From assembly GCA_034780895.1 (NCBI GenBank), contig JAUZTB010000069.1, positions 18,338,064 to 18,402,063 of the forward strand: a stretch of 64,000 nucleotides of DNA. Reading direction: 5' to 3'. The notes below the pieces were generated by a model that made no database searches, was not told the origin of the DNA, and worked only from the letters and a program-made list of their open reading frames with translations. The stretch is from Rhynchobatus australiae (taxonomy: Eukaryota). Shown here one piece after another: positions 51,060 to 63,540 of this stretch (within the stretch, counting starts at the first letter, position 1; each line of letters starts with the position of its first letter). The translations under genes were made by a program, and so were the position numbers.

Positions 51060-51720
51060 TGTAGAATGCTGACACACTGTGGAAGACCCAGGGACTCCCA
51101 GTTAATTTACTGGGCAAATATGTAGCAAACGGAGTATAATGCGAGAAGTTGTGAAACCGCCCATTTTGACAGGGAAAAAAAATTTCATTCATATGATCTA
51201 AATGGCAAGAGATTGCAGAGTTCTGACATCTAGCAGGATCTGGGTGCCCTAGTACGTGACTCACAAAAAGCTAGTATGTATGTACAGCAAACGATAAGGA
51301 AACTAAATAGAATGTTATCTTTTACTATGGAAATAGATTACTAAAATAGGGAGATCATGCTTCATTGGTGAGACCATACGTGGAGTCCCGTGCGCAGTAT
51401 TGGTTTCTTTACACCAGAATAATGCATTGGAAGCAGTTCAGTGTAGGTTTATTAGCTACAACTAGAGTGACTGTTTAAAAATAAGGGGTCATTCATTCAC
51501 GACAGAGGTGAGGGAAGTTTTCTTTCCCTCTCGGGGGTTGGGAGCATTTGGAACTCTCTTCCTCAGGGAGCAGCGGAAGCAGAGTCTTTGAATATTTTTA
51601 ACGCAAAGGCAGACAGATTCTGGATAAGCCAGGGGAGGGGAAGACCGCAGACCATAGACCGCAGAGGGTAGACGAGAAGGCAGAGGCGAGGTGACAGTCA
51701 GATCAGCCACGATTCCCGCT
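51060..51720 (+). mobile_element. Degenerate CR1 3' portion abutting the CpG island
   Basis: ggatctgggtgccctagtacgtgactcacaaaa (DLGxLVxxSQK-like), ttggtgagaccatacgtggag (LVRPxxE), tggaactctcttcctcag (WNSLPQ). Confidence 0.75.
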
Positions 51721-51897
51721 GCTGATTAAACCCCCGGGGCAAAGGGCTGAAGCCTCCGGAGACAAGTGACTACAGCACGGTGACTCCAGTCCCACCGCAG
51801 CCTCACTCCGGCTTCACTGCAGGGCACCCAGCCGCCTTTTCTGACTCCCACCGGGCACGGGGTTACCCCACAGCTCCCGCGACCACTTCCCTCTCAC

Positions 51898-51919
51898 CTC
51901 GCTCTCCCCGGGAGTTCAT
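51898..51919 (-). CDS. ENTR1: Putative ENTR1 first coding exon (MNSRGER)
   Basis: aggATGaac...CGA G|gtgaga strong donor inside the CpG island; no homology support. Confidence 0.5.
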
Positions 51920-52021
51920 CCTCACCCCGTCGGCCTGGTCACCAGGTGGTTGCCAAGGGGGCAGTTAACCCGGATCTCCTTCTTGTCAGGGCAAGTGGCC
52001 GGAAGTTCACAGGCGGCCAAG

Positions 52022-52068
52022 ATGGCGGCGCGCATGACGAGGCTGAGGTCGTGGACTCAACTCCGCAG
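52022..52068 (+). CDS. PMPCA: PMPCA exon 1 (mitochondrial presequence)
   Basis: aagATGg Kozak; MAARMTRLRSWTQLR, Arg-rich with no acidic residues; AG|gtaaaa. Confidence 0.9.
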
Positions 52069-52173
52069 GTAAAACGCATTAAAAACGCGGCGGAGGCGGT
52101 TCGGGGGGCTCGGTTCCGTGTCTGCGCGCTGCAATGGTCGGTGTGCTGGTTAACCCCCTGCTCTCTGCCGTAG

Positions 52174-52373
52174 GTGCGGCCTCGCCGGCAGCAGGCGGTA
52201 CAGCAGCGCTGGGTACCCCGGCGTCCCGCTCTCCACGCCGCTGCCCAACGTCCCCGCACCCGTCTACGCCTCGGCCGGTGGCCGCGACACACAGGAGACG
52301 CGCATCACGGTGCTGGAGAACGGGTTGCGGGTGGCCTCGCAGGACAAGTTCGGCCAGTTCTGTACCGTTGGTG
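52174..52373 (+). CDS. PMPCA: PMPCA exon 2
   Basis: ccgtag|G...G|gtgagt; [11 protein letters not shown]...[26 protein letters not shown]. Confidence 0.96.
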
Positions 52374-52974
52374 GTGAGTGAAGAAGGCTGATGACCGACA
52401 TGGGTGGTGCCAGAGCCGGCCAGTACTTGTTCTTCAACCCACATCACACGCATACAAATCCGGTTATCTGACCGTTGTTGCAATGCTGTGCGTGGGATCT
52501 TGTTATCGACATGTTGGCTGCCCGTTTCCTAAGTAATTACAGTGATTGCTTTGAGACAAAAGTACTTATTCGCTGCCGGATGCCCTATGATAAGAAGTCA
52601 ACTTTACGTCTGATGCTTCTGATTTCTCATTGCATCCATAACTTTGTATCATCCTTCAATACAGTCAACATCTGAGCATCCTAAACTTTGCAAGGTAGCA
52701 AATTTCAAAGAGCGTACAGCCTTGAGTGAACAGATTTATCCAAGATCCTTCCATACCCGTTATTGAGAGGCTGTATATCTAAGTTTTAGACTCTCAGAAC
52801 CTAACCTATCAATCCTTGTAGAATCATGCATGTTGCTTTGAGAACACTTCATTCTACTAAGATACACTGAGTAAAGGCAAATATTGGTCAGTCTCACTTA
52901 ATAGACAACCCAGTCATCCCAGAATCATTTAACTGCACTGATTTCAAGGTCATATATATTCATCTTTCATTAAA

Positions 52975-53175
52975 AAACAGAAAACTGCTGTTACTGGAAA
53001 TCTGAAATAAAAATAGAAAATGCCGGGGATTCTCAGCACGTCAGGCAAGATTTGTGGGAGAAACAGACAATGAAGGGTCCTTGACCTGAAACGTTAACCT
53101 CTCCACAGATGTGGCCTAACATTCTCTCCACAGATGTGGCCTAAATATCTCCATCATCTTTTGGTTTTACATTCA
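52975..53175. mobile_element. Penelope-pLTR-derived fold-back element
   Basis: ctggaaatctgaaataaaaatagaaaatg...tttgtgggag arm and inverted ctccacagatg...ttttggttttacattc arm around tgaagggtccttgacctgaaacgttaac. Confidence 0.6.
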
Positions 53176-54208
53176 TATTTAGGTATGGAATCCCAAAATG
53201 CACACAGCAAGCTCTCAGCAAAAGCTTATAAAATCACAACAAGGCTTTATTCCTTTGTATTCCAATTCTTTTGCAATAAAGTCCAACATCCCATTTACCA
53301 TTTTAATTGCTTACTGTATCAATGAATTTATTTTCCTCAGCTTATGAACCAGTACACTGACATTCCCTGAACACCAACATTTACTACTTTCTCACCATCT
53401 AAAAAGTATTCAGTTTTCTGTGCTTTCTACTAATGTGAATAACCTCTCATTTTTCTACATTATTCATCTGCCACCTGCTTGCCCCCATGCTAAATCATAT
53501 ATATCCCTTTGCAGATTCATCACAGGCCACTTTCTCATCAAGTTTTGTGTTATCAACAAACCATAGGGAAAATTTCAGGCCTAACATCAATATTAATGCC
53601 AGGACTTGCTCATGTATCCCTATTGAACTCCTGGTTCACAGTTCTGGTGACAATTTAAATCACTGGTGGCATCTTTCATGCTGCCAGCTACCCTCTGCTG
53701 CTCTAATAGACACCTCTTGAATTACTAATTGGTTGCTGTATCAGCCAGTGCACAATGATTGTGTACAGAGATACAATGGTCCATCTGAATATCAAAAATT
53801 AACTAATTTCTTGTTGCTTAAAAAATATTTCCAATTTTTAATTTTCCTGTCTGATGGATAATTTCACATTTCTTCACATCATACTGCATTGCCGAAATTC
53901 TTTTATAGATACTTATCTTTCTAGTCTCTTTGCACTTCCTCATAGCTTACTTTCACACCTAGCTGTGTATCATAAGCAAACTTAGTGGTTCATTATATCC
54001 TGGCTCTTTTCCAAAAGGATTTATATAGAATCTATTTTGTGTTTGTTAACTAATTCTCATTACGTTGCCATAGTCTTGTGCGATAAACCTTTGAGTTGCA
54101 GCTAACTGATTATTTTTGATAATTCCGATGCACCATTTTCGCTTGAAAATCAAAAAACTGCAGATACTAGAGATCAGAATTAAAAAATAGGTGCTGGAGT
54201 GCCCATAA

Positions 54209-54665
54209 CTCTGCCAGTTGCCCAGAGGTTACATGAGGGTATTCTGTGATTTTGCCCCCTCTTGGCTACCCAACCAGTGAAAAATCCTAAAAGCACGAGA
54301 TCAGGGGGCATCTGTGAAATGAAAAACAGAATTAGTGTTTCAGGTCAAAGAGGTCTCTTTCCACAGATTCTGCCTGAGCTGCTGAGTGTTTCTAGTACAC
54401 TCTAATTTTATTTTTCCTGTTATCCACCTTATCAGCTACTTCAAAAACTGAGCAGAACTGTCACAACAATTCCCCCTTCATAAGTCCATGTTAGCTTTAT
54501 TCAACAAAATTTGTTCAACAAGAAGCTACCTCTGACACTGTTTTATGAAACGTTGGCTGCTGCTGATGATCTCTGCCAGTTGCCCAGAAGTTACATGAAG
54601 GTGTGCTGAGATTTTACCCTCTCTTGGGTGCCCAACCAGTGAGAAATGCTAAAAGTCTGAGATCA
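54209..54665 (+). repeat. Imperfect ~95-bp direct repeat (54209-54303 and 54571-54665)
   Basis: Both copies start ctctgccagttgcccaga and end ctaaaag...gagatca. Confidence 0.9.
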
Positions 54666-55851
54666 CTAGATATTTACGTACGGGGAATTGCTCACTTTAT
54701 TGTACCGATGGTACAACATATCAGTCCTTGAAATTTGCCACGCAAACAACAATCTATTCCCTATAACAGCGGTTCTTCATTCATCCCAAAATACACTCCC
54801 CATCCCATGAGATCCGGAGATTTCCTGGGAGAGACAAAAATAATCAGATTGCCCTGGATTCCTTGCTGTCTATACTTGCACACGGTGTACACAAATCCGT
54901 GCAATTACCATTTGAAGAATTCAGCAAATTTTACCCTGTGTGAGTCGGCAGGCTGTCTCACAGCTCAGTGTTCTTTGGGGATGTGCCATCTTGCATGAGT
55001 TGAAATTATAATCTTTGCTGCTCCCTAATATAATTAAGCAGAGCAAACTCTTCACTGTGTTACAAACCAGCAACAAAAGAAACACACCGAGACATGTATA
55101 TGTGTTAAAAGCTACTTTATTAGTAACTATTTGTGATAATAAGAAAAATAAAAGTAAAAATGTTAGAATGTTAGANNNNNNNNNNNNNNNNNNNNNNNNN
55201 NNNNNNNNNNNNNNNNNNNNNNNNNNNNNNNNNNNNNNNNNNNNNNNNNNNNNNNNNNNNNNNNNNNNNNNNNNNCTCTCCTTCAGACTGACTCCGACTG
55301 GTTGTTTCAACAACAACATCATGACATTCTTTATCTTCTGTTGACGTAAGCATGCCATACACACACACTATCTTAAAGGAACACTCACTAATAGTCCTAG
55401 TCCGTAACAACTGGAACACAATCTCTTCCCTTCACCATTATTATTGCCAGAGAGCTGTACTATAATTCCAGGAGCTGGTGTGTGTTCAGGTCCTTGTTCA
55501 TAGGCTCCATTGCCAGTCAGGTGAGCAGTTGTGTGTGTTGGGACTCAGTTCCTCTTGCCCTTGTTTCAGTGTTTTTGTTCCATCTCCAATGTCTTATTCA
55601 TCCCATTACCCTCTCCTGCCATTGCCATCATTGATGGCAGAGCTTTTATCTGCTCCAATCCAACTCTGGGAATTCCCTCCCAAAATTATTCTCCTGTTAT
55701 ACTTCTGTATGTCCAAATCTTACCCCAATTCTTGTACAGGTGCTCAGCATGTCCTCTTTGCCCAGTGTCCGAAGGCATTTTCTTTACAAGATGAGGATTA
55801 GATGAGGTACTGGCTGAGAAAGCTGCTTATTAATAGGGTTGTGTTTCTCAG

Positions 55852-55931
55852 TTTTAGTGAATGCTGGGTCAAGACATGAGGTGAAATTTCCCAGTGGAAT
55901 TTCCCACTTTTTGGAAAAGTTGGCATTTTCT
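55852..55931 (+). CDS. PMPCA: PMPCA exon 3
   Basis: ttctcag|TT...TCT|gtaagt; LVNAGSRHEVKFPSGISHFLEKLAFS (alpha-MPP HFLEK). Confidence 0.97.
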
Positions 55932-56549
55932 GTAAGTATCATATATTTCCATATTTTATCCAGAATCTTAAAATATTTGGTCATTAGCACAATTTTTGAA
56001 ACAAAAATAAAGAGATGTCTTTTATCAGGGAGTTGCCGACTGTTGCTGAGATTCAGTACCTCTCCCAAATAAAGATAATTAGCAAATGAACCAGAGGTGA
56101 GATGAGGATAATTCTGTTCTTGGAACAAGTTTGATTTGCTGTGCACTGCCTGACATGATGGTGGAAGTAGATTTAATAGCAAATTTCAAAACAGTAACAG
56201 CAATTTTGCAATAGTTGCGAGAACACTGGCTGACTTCTCATTCAGAGTCAGGAGTCCAGTGATAGACTAAAATTGAATCCAGGACATTCATGGATAATTT
56301 ACCTTACATTGGCAGCTAAAACTAATTAGTAGCTATTTTATTTTCCATACATTATTTCTTCTTCATATCTTGTCCATGTGACCAAAGCTCACTCACTACC
56401 TGTGCTATTGAGAGTTTGTTCTTGATTAATGATGTCATTAAGAAGCTTCAAAACAGTGTGGGAGGTTGTGCATTGGTCATCTTGTGTTAAATGTCTGAGA
56501 TGAAATGGAGGTTTTTAAACTTGTAACTGGGTGTATGTTTTGTCTTCAG

Positions 56550-56632
56550 TCTACAGCACAATTTGGCTCCAAGGATGAAATACTCCTCACACTGGAAAAA
56601 CATGGGGGGATCTGCGACTGTCAGTCTTCCAG
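56550..56632 (+). CDS. PMPCA: PMPCA exon 4
   Basis: cttcag|TCT...AG|gtgaaa; [28 protein letters not shown]. Confidence 0.97.
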
Positions 56633-57809
56633 GTGAAATGAAACATTGACTTGTGTGTGTGCATGTGTGTCTCAGATAGGACCAAAACAAGTCACTGGTG
56701 CAGTGCATAGCACTGAGCTTATGCAAACTGCAGTGATCCCAACTGATTGGTTCACGGTGCAATCCTAGCAGATTTCAGGATCGTGCTGAGACATTGCAAT
56801 TGGTTGCAATGCCTTTTGCACTAGAGGAGGGATCAGTCAGATCAACTTTAGGAGCTATATCCCAACTGTCGGGCTATTGGGAGAGCATAAGATTGGTATT
56901 ACGAGTGATTAATCTGTCCAGGTTTATACATGAATTTAGTTAGTTGACATTCATCAGACAATAAGCAGATAATCTTGCTTCTATATATACGTGATATGTT
57001 TTCCATTCTTTCTGTATGTCTGAGCCACAGTTTATTGTCATTTCTATTAGCCTATTTATCTCATTAAATGCCTCACTTTTTCTCTATTTCCTTTCTCCTT
57101 TTAATCCTCTATCATTATGGGGCCCATATATATTCTACCAATTTAAACCCTCTAAAAGGGAATGGCAGTAACACGATTAGGTGGAAGGACCAGGGCTGGG
57201 ATGAAGGAGCTGCTGGATATACAGAGATGTTGCACACTAATGGTTTGACAGAAGACTCGGTCACTGAGAAGGGAACCTGATCTGGAGCTCCAACTTTGTA
57301 CTCTGTCATCTCTGGTCACCTATGTAATCCATTGTCACAGCCTCATCTGCCACTGGCATAGTTAAAGCTTTCTGCAGCACCTTCAGATGATGTAGATATG
57401 GAGAGAAAATCCAACGCTTGGTCATTGGTGGGGGGTGGGGTTCCCACAGGATTTGAGAATTGGAAGTGAGCTTGATCAAAATATGAGGAGTATTCATCGT
57501 ACTTGCTCTTGCATGTGGTGTTGGGGGAGGATGGTCGGGAGCACTGGGAGGGGTGGAGCTGCAGAACTTGGATAAGGTGGAGGGGTCCAGCAAGGAAGAC
57601 GAGGGGATCTGGAGGTCAAGTACACTGCATTTGAGGAATGGGTCTTCTGGGGCTGAGTGGAGTGGACCAGTTTCTCCTCCTTACTGCTCCCCATAAATCT
57701 TCAGCCCAATAACGGTGTAATCTTATAAATCTGATATTGGAAAAGAAACTCATCTGAAAGTTTCCAATCAGGCCCTGGATAAGCATTTTTTGTTACATTG
57801 TTGTTTCAG

Positions 57810-57904
57810 GGACACCACAATGTTTGCTGTTTCTGCAGAGGTGAAGGGCCTGGAGACAGTTGTCAATCTGCTAGCTGATGTGGTGTTTCAGCCGAGACTT
57901 ACAG
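57810..57904 (+). CDS. PMPCA: PMPCA exon 5
   Basis: tttcag|G GAC...G|gtaaca; [31 protein letters not shown]. Confidence 0.97.
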
Positions 57905-58919
57905 GTAACAGGAGGAGGAGCGGATGTGTGTGGCAGACGCTACGTTAATCTTCTGATTAACTTTGTGAAAGGAATTTTAATTCCCAGTTTATAGAGTGGA
58001 ATTTTATGGGATGGTCAGTGCTTATATTTTGAAATACTGGAACTCTGTTTTCTGCCTCACAATGTGGTCAACTTACTAAAGCATGACGTTCGAGTCTTCT
58101 CTAACACTTCTGCTGATGTTGGGACTGGAAGACTGTGCAGGGGCTGCTGTTTTGCCTCTTGCCTGATGTGTAGAGGTTGTCAGCTTCTTGGGATTTTCCC
58201 AGCAACTTAGATACTGTAGCAAACAGCAACACCCCATGTTAATCATCTGGGGTGTTACAATAAATGTTTTGCTAAAATTAATAATTTTCTTAATTTTGAA
58301 AGTAATGCACTTGGTGTTTCAGAACTGCATGAGTAGTCATGAATTATCCAGTTGGGTAATGAAGAGTCATTCACTTTGTGCAAGAAGATTTAATCACGAC
58401 GATTAACGCGTGAAACAACCAAAAATAGGGAATAAGGGCAAGTCTTCTAGAGCTGGGAAGTAACTTGTTGAAGCCTCCAGCATCTCTGAAACCAGAAATT
58501 GTAACTATAACTGCCATTTGGGGTTTATTTGACAGCAGCGTGGGCAAACCTGCACTTGTCACAGAATGGTTTCCACTGCAAACATCCTAGTTTATAGAGT
58601 AGAATTCTGCTTTTGCTGCACCTCATCATAGCTGACATTTGCCTGGGTTCTCCTTGTAAATCTTTGCTGGATCACTGGACTGACAGTGTGACAAATGGTT
58701 ATTATATAAGGGTTAAAAAATTCTACCAACATGAGGTTGTTCACAAGGTCTAAAACAAGGGTTTCCATCTGGGCCTACGGATAAATGTTCAGTATGTAGT
58801 GCTGTGAAAATAAAAGTTTTGCAATTTGGCATACTTTTCACAAACACAAAAGGTATGCCAAATTGCAAGACTTTTAAAATAGTGATAATTTTAAAGAAAA
58901 CATTAAAGTTACATGGCAG

Positions 58920-59220
58920 GCAATTTGTGTAAAGCAAGTCCCCACAGAAATCAAGGTGATAGGACCAGAAAATCTGTCTTTGTGATGTATATCGAGGCAT
59001 AAACATTGGTTGAGACATTAAGGCAATTCCCTGCTCCTTTTCAAAAAAGTGACTCTGAGATCGTCCACCCAAGGGAGAAGATTGGGTCATGGATTCACAC
59101 CCAATAAAACAGCACCTCCGACAATGCAGTAATCTTTGTGTGGTGCTACACTATTTGGCTCCAGTGTCCAAATGGATTTTGAACTAGTGTTTGGCTGTGA
59201 GACAGGAGGGCTAGTAATTT
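58920..59220. mobile_element. Old Deu-domain SINE-like relic
   Basis: ccctgctcctttcaaaaaag...cgtccacccaagggag...acagcacctccgacaatgcag resembles the recalled AmnSINE1/SacSINE1 Deu domain; a similar relic lies at ~61210-61350. Confidence 0.55.
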
Positions 59221-59300
59221 TAGTCTTTACTGTGCAGTTGGTGGCCGCCTGCCTGGGATACAACATGTTGATATGGTTGTGAATCTTTTCTCTGTCTCAG

Positions 59301-59401
59301 ATGAGGAACTGGAGATGACCCGAATGGCTGTCCGCTTTGAGCTGGAGGACTTGCAAATGAGACCAGACCCTGAACCCCTCCTAACTGAAATGATTCATGC
59401 G
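59301..59401 (+). CDS. PMPCA: PMPCA exon 6
   Basis: gtctcag|AT...GCG|gtaatg; [34 protein letters not shown]. Confidence 0.97.
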
Positions 59402-60237
59402 GTAATGTAACTCAAACATATCATGGTGGGAAACCTCCCTCAGGATGGGTACACTGGAACAAGAGGAGATCATTCAGCCCCTCAAACTTGTTACATTAGT
59501 GGGAAGAGGTTATTCAGCTCCTCAGACCAGTTGCATAAGAAAGAGAGATGGTCACTCAGCCTCTCGTGCCTGCTCTGCCTTTCAGTCAGATCATAGTTGA
59601 TTTGTATTTAATACCAATTACCCTCTTTTCTCCAAAGTCCTTACTAAATCAAGAAATCTGGATTTCATTCTTAAAAGTTCTATTTGCCCTGCAGAGTCCT
59701 TTGGGTGGGGGTGGAGGGGAGGGGAGGGAGATTGTTCCCGTTGTCCTTTCTGTGAAGAGGATGATCCTGACATTGTCTACATTGCTTTAGTTTTATCATT
59801 ATGCCACATTGTTGTGGATTCACCAACCAGAGGAGATGGTTTCTCTCCATCTATCTAATTGGATTCTTTCAAGGTTTTAAATACTTGGATTTTGTCACTC
59901 CTACACTCAAAAGAATACCTGCCTAGTCTGTACAACCTGTTCTTAATCATTTTAGCCCCAGTGTTATTCTGGTAGAACTATGTTGTACACTATTGCCACT
60001 ACCACCCCTCCCCTCCAGGACCAATATATCATTCCCAAGTGCCCAGAACTGAGTGTATTTAATCCAGATGAGGCTTAGCCTCCTGTAAGCAGAAGAATCA
60101 TCTTCTATTTTAGTCTCCTCAAGATGAGAGGGAGATTTTTCAGGAAGTCACAAGCACGAGGCATATGAAAGGAAAGTGGGAAAGCCAAGGGTGCTAGGTA
60201 GCAGAAGGTGAACATTTTCTGTTTTTTGTCTCTCCAG

Positions 60238-60435
60238 GCAGCTTACCGAGACAACACTGTGGGGCTGCCCAGGTTCTGTCCTGCCGACAATGTAGAGAAG
60301 ATTAATCGAAAGCTGATTCACTCGTTTTTGCGGAATTACTACACCCTTGACCGACTGGTGTTGGCTGGGGTTGGGGTGGACCATGACCAGCTGGTGGAGT
60401 GTGCAAAGAAGTATCTCCAGGGTATGAAGGCAACC
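60238..60435 (+). CDS. PMPCA: PMPCA exon 7 (3' part missing)
   Basis: ctccag|GCA; [15 protein letters not shown]...[34 protein letters not shown], then homology stops. Confidence 0.9.
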
Positions 60436-62589
60436 CCAGTCTCAACTTCTTCACCTGTTGGAACATTTGGCANNNNNNNNNNNNNNNNNNNNNNNNNNNN
60501 NNNNAAACCCATTTTGTATCTGATCTTCTTAAACATCATGCTTAGAATCTTACAGCACAAAAAAGGCTTGCGTCATTATAGTGCCTTTCTCCATCACAGA
60601 ATAGCTCAAAACTGCTCAAGTTTTATTGGTTATTCATGTGACATAAAACTGAGGAGCTTGCCATGTGCACATTGGCTGCACCGAAAGCAATGTTACCATG
60701 ATCAGATGACCTGGTTTTTACAATATGCCAAGACATTTTTGGCATATTGTGCCTGTGCTGGGTTTTTAAAGAAACTATCCCAACTCCCTTGCTATTTTGA
60801 GACTCATGAGACTGCAGTAGCTGGAATCTGAAGCCACACACAAGATGTTGGAGGAAGTGGGTCAGTGGGTCAGGCAACGTCTCGTATGTTGCTCCCTTGC
60901 TGTTTACCTTTTTTCTAGATTTCATTTCCCTTTTGAAAGTTTCACTTGAATCTGCTTTGACCACCCTTTTATGGAGTACATTCCACAACTGCTACCTCCA
61001 GTTCTCCTCAACTCTCCTCTGGTTCTTTTATCAATCAGTGAAAATCTGTCTGCTCTGGTTACTGATTCTGGTCGGTAGACATTTTCTTCTAATTTATAGT
61101 TTAAAAATCTCATCACTTTGATAATTCTGTTAAGACTCCTTTTAACCATTTCTGTTTTAAAGAGAAAAAAAACAGCTTTTTTAATCTCTCTCCAGTTGTT
61201 TTTGGCTGTAGTTTGAACCCATATCTGATAGGGTAGATGACATTCACTTGCATCTCTTTAAAAAGACAACCCCTCTAACAATACAGGTTTATCTCAGTCC
61301 CTCACTGGGAGGGTCAGACTAGATTTTATGCTCAATTCTCTGGAGTGGGACTNNNNNNNNNNNNNNNNNNNNNNNNNNNNNNNNNNNNNNNNNNNNNNNN
61401 NNNNNNNNNNNNNNNNNNNNNNNNNNNNNNNNNNNNNNNNNNNNNNNNNNNNNNNNNNNNNNNNNNNNNNNNNNNNNNNNNNNNNNNNNNNNNNNNNNNN
61501 NNNNNNNNNNNNNNNNNNNNNNNNNNNNNNNNNNNNNNNNNNNNNNNNNNNNNNNNNNNNNNNNNNNNNNNNNNNNNNNNNNNNNNNNNNNNNNNNNNNN
61601 NNNNNNNNNNNNNNNNNNNNNNNNNNNNNNNNNNNNNNNNNNNNNNNNNNNNNNNNNNNNNNNNNNNNNNNNNNNNTTGAGGCTGCAGCTGCTGCACTGT
61701 GTCAGGCCACTAGATGGGGATAGAGGATGTCTTGGGCTTGTGGAGGTCTGAGGTTGGTCTTACACTTTTCCTTCTCTTGGTTGCCCTGTGCAATTCTACT
61801 CTTGCCCTAACCTCTCCACTCTTATCCTCAGCCTGTTTGGATCAGTTGATCTTGGTGGCTGGAACAATTGGCCTTGGCATCCCTGGGGCAGGAGGGCAAG
61901 TGGCTGGGGCGCTGTCAGTCGCAGTTTCCCCTCCTGATTGCTATTTGTCACGTCCACTGGTAAACTCTTTTGAAGGTGGAATCAAGTTCAACCCTGAGTT
62001 CCCATGTGCTTGCATAGCCTGTCCAGTTTCTTTCAGTGATTTGTAAAATATTGCAGATGTTGGAACTCGGAAATGAAATGGGAAGTGGTGAAAATACGGG
62101 ATCTGCAGCAGCTCCTGACTGAGACGAAGTTAACATTTCGGGTTGATGAGCTGATGTTCTGATGGATTGTCATTGACCAGAAAGGTTAATCTTGTTTCCT
62201 GCTTGAGTTGACAATTTTTGTTTTTCATTTTCTGTTTTTATTTCTTGCAATAGCATCGTGGGTGAGATAGAAGTGGAAGGTCATTGCTTGTAGAGCTGTT
62301 TGTATTTTTGAATGGAGCCAGGGAGGAGTCTTGGACATCTTTTATGCAAGTACAAGGCTTTATCTGGTTTTGGTATGGTGGACATATTAGCCATACTGCA
62401 GGGAATGAAAGAGTCCAGACGAGGGGTAGTGATTAGGAACTGTCCTTCCTCTGCTCCAGTGCTGCAATAGTCTGAAGGATCAAGTTGTCAGCTCTGGTCC
62501 GGGCTGGCTTCTTGTTGCTTTCTGGGATGGGAAAGGAGCGGTGGGAGAACGAGACTCCAACACAATCCACGGTGTGTCTGTTTCTTAAG

Positions 62590-62682
62590 GTGGAGAAGGA
62601 CATGACTGATGTCAGCCTGGGCCCCACTCCAATCCCAGAACTCACTCACATAATGATTGGCCTTGAAAGCTGTTCCTTCCTG
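62590..62682 (+). CDS. PMPCA: PMPCA exon 8
   Basis: ttcttaag|GTG...CTG|gtgagt; [31 protein letters not shown]. Confidence 0.97.
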
Positions 62683-63309
62683 GTGAGTATAAAGTCATTT
62701 AATTATAAAACTTAACTGCTTTAAAATTATTACTTGTGAGATTTAACAATTCTATTACTGGCCTAAAAGTCTGGGGAAGGTGAGTTTAAGCTCATTCTGG
62801 GCAGGTTGAGAATTTGAACCAGTTTGGGGTTACACCTCTCACTGTCTTCTGTGATCTTATTTGGTCCAGAGTGCTACACATTGAGACCTTGAGACTGCCT
62901 GATCTGTCAGTGCAAACTCTTGTGTTGTCTTTAAGTGTAAGTGCTGTCATATTTAGTCTAAGTGCAAGTTCTTTCCCCTTAATCCTGAAAACTGATGCAC
63001 TTTGAACACCGGAAGAGTTTAATTTTGAAATTTACTTTACCCAAAAGTTGCTAGAGTTGATTGTAATGCATTCTAAATCTTAACAGCCTTTGCTTTTTTA
63101 TCATTTATTTAAATCTGTGATGAACTATTGACCCAGTTTCCTACTCCATTATCAAAGCACCATGATTTTGAATACCTTTACTAGGTCTCCTTCATTCCTC
63201 TGTTCTGTAGAGAACTGACTCTATACAGCTGGTTATGCTGCATGTTCTAGGAATGAGTGACTGGAGTTAACCTTTCCTAATGCATTCCACCTACCACAGA
63301 CTGGTGTGA

Positions 63310-63540
<231 letters not shown>

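Larger units (their letters stand above)
51640..52480. promoter_or_regulatory. CpG island and bidirectional ENTR1/PMPCA promoter
   Basis: Only strongly CpG-rich segment in the window; ETS/GABPA ccggaagt at 51999-52006; YY1 caagatggcggc at 52018-52029 overlapping the PMPCA ATG. Confidence 0.88.

Noticed and set aside
51939-52483. Several overlapping ORFs in the CpG island
   Set aside because: Expected from GC-rich, stop-poor DNA; the true frames are PMPCA exons 1 and 2
55900-55931. HFLEK instead of the catalytic HxxEH motif, suggesting a pseudogene
   Set aside because: Normal for the non-catalytic alpha subunit of mitochondrial processing peptidase
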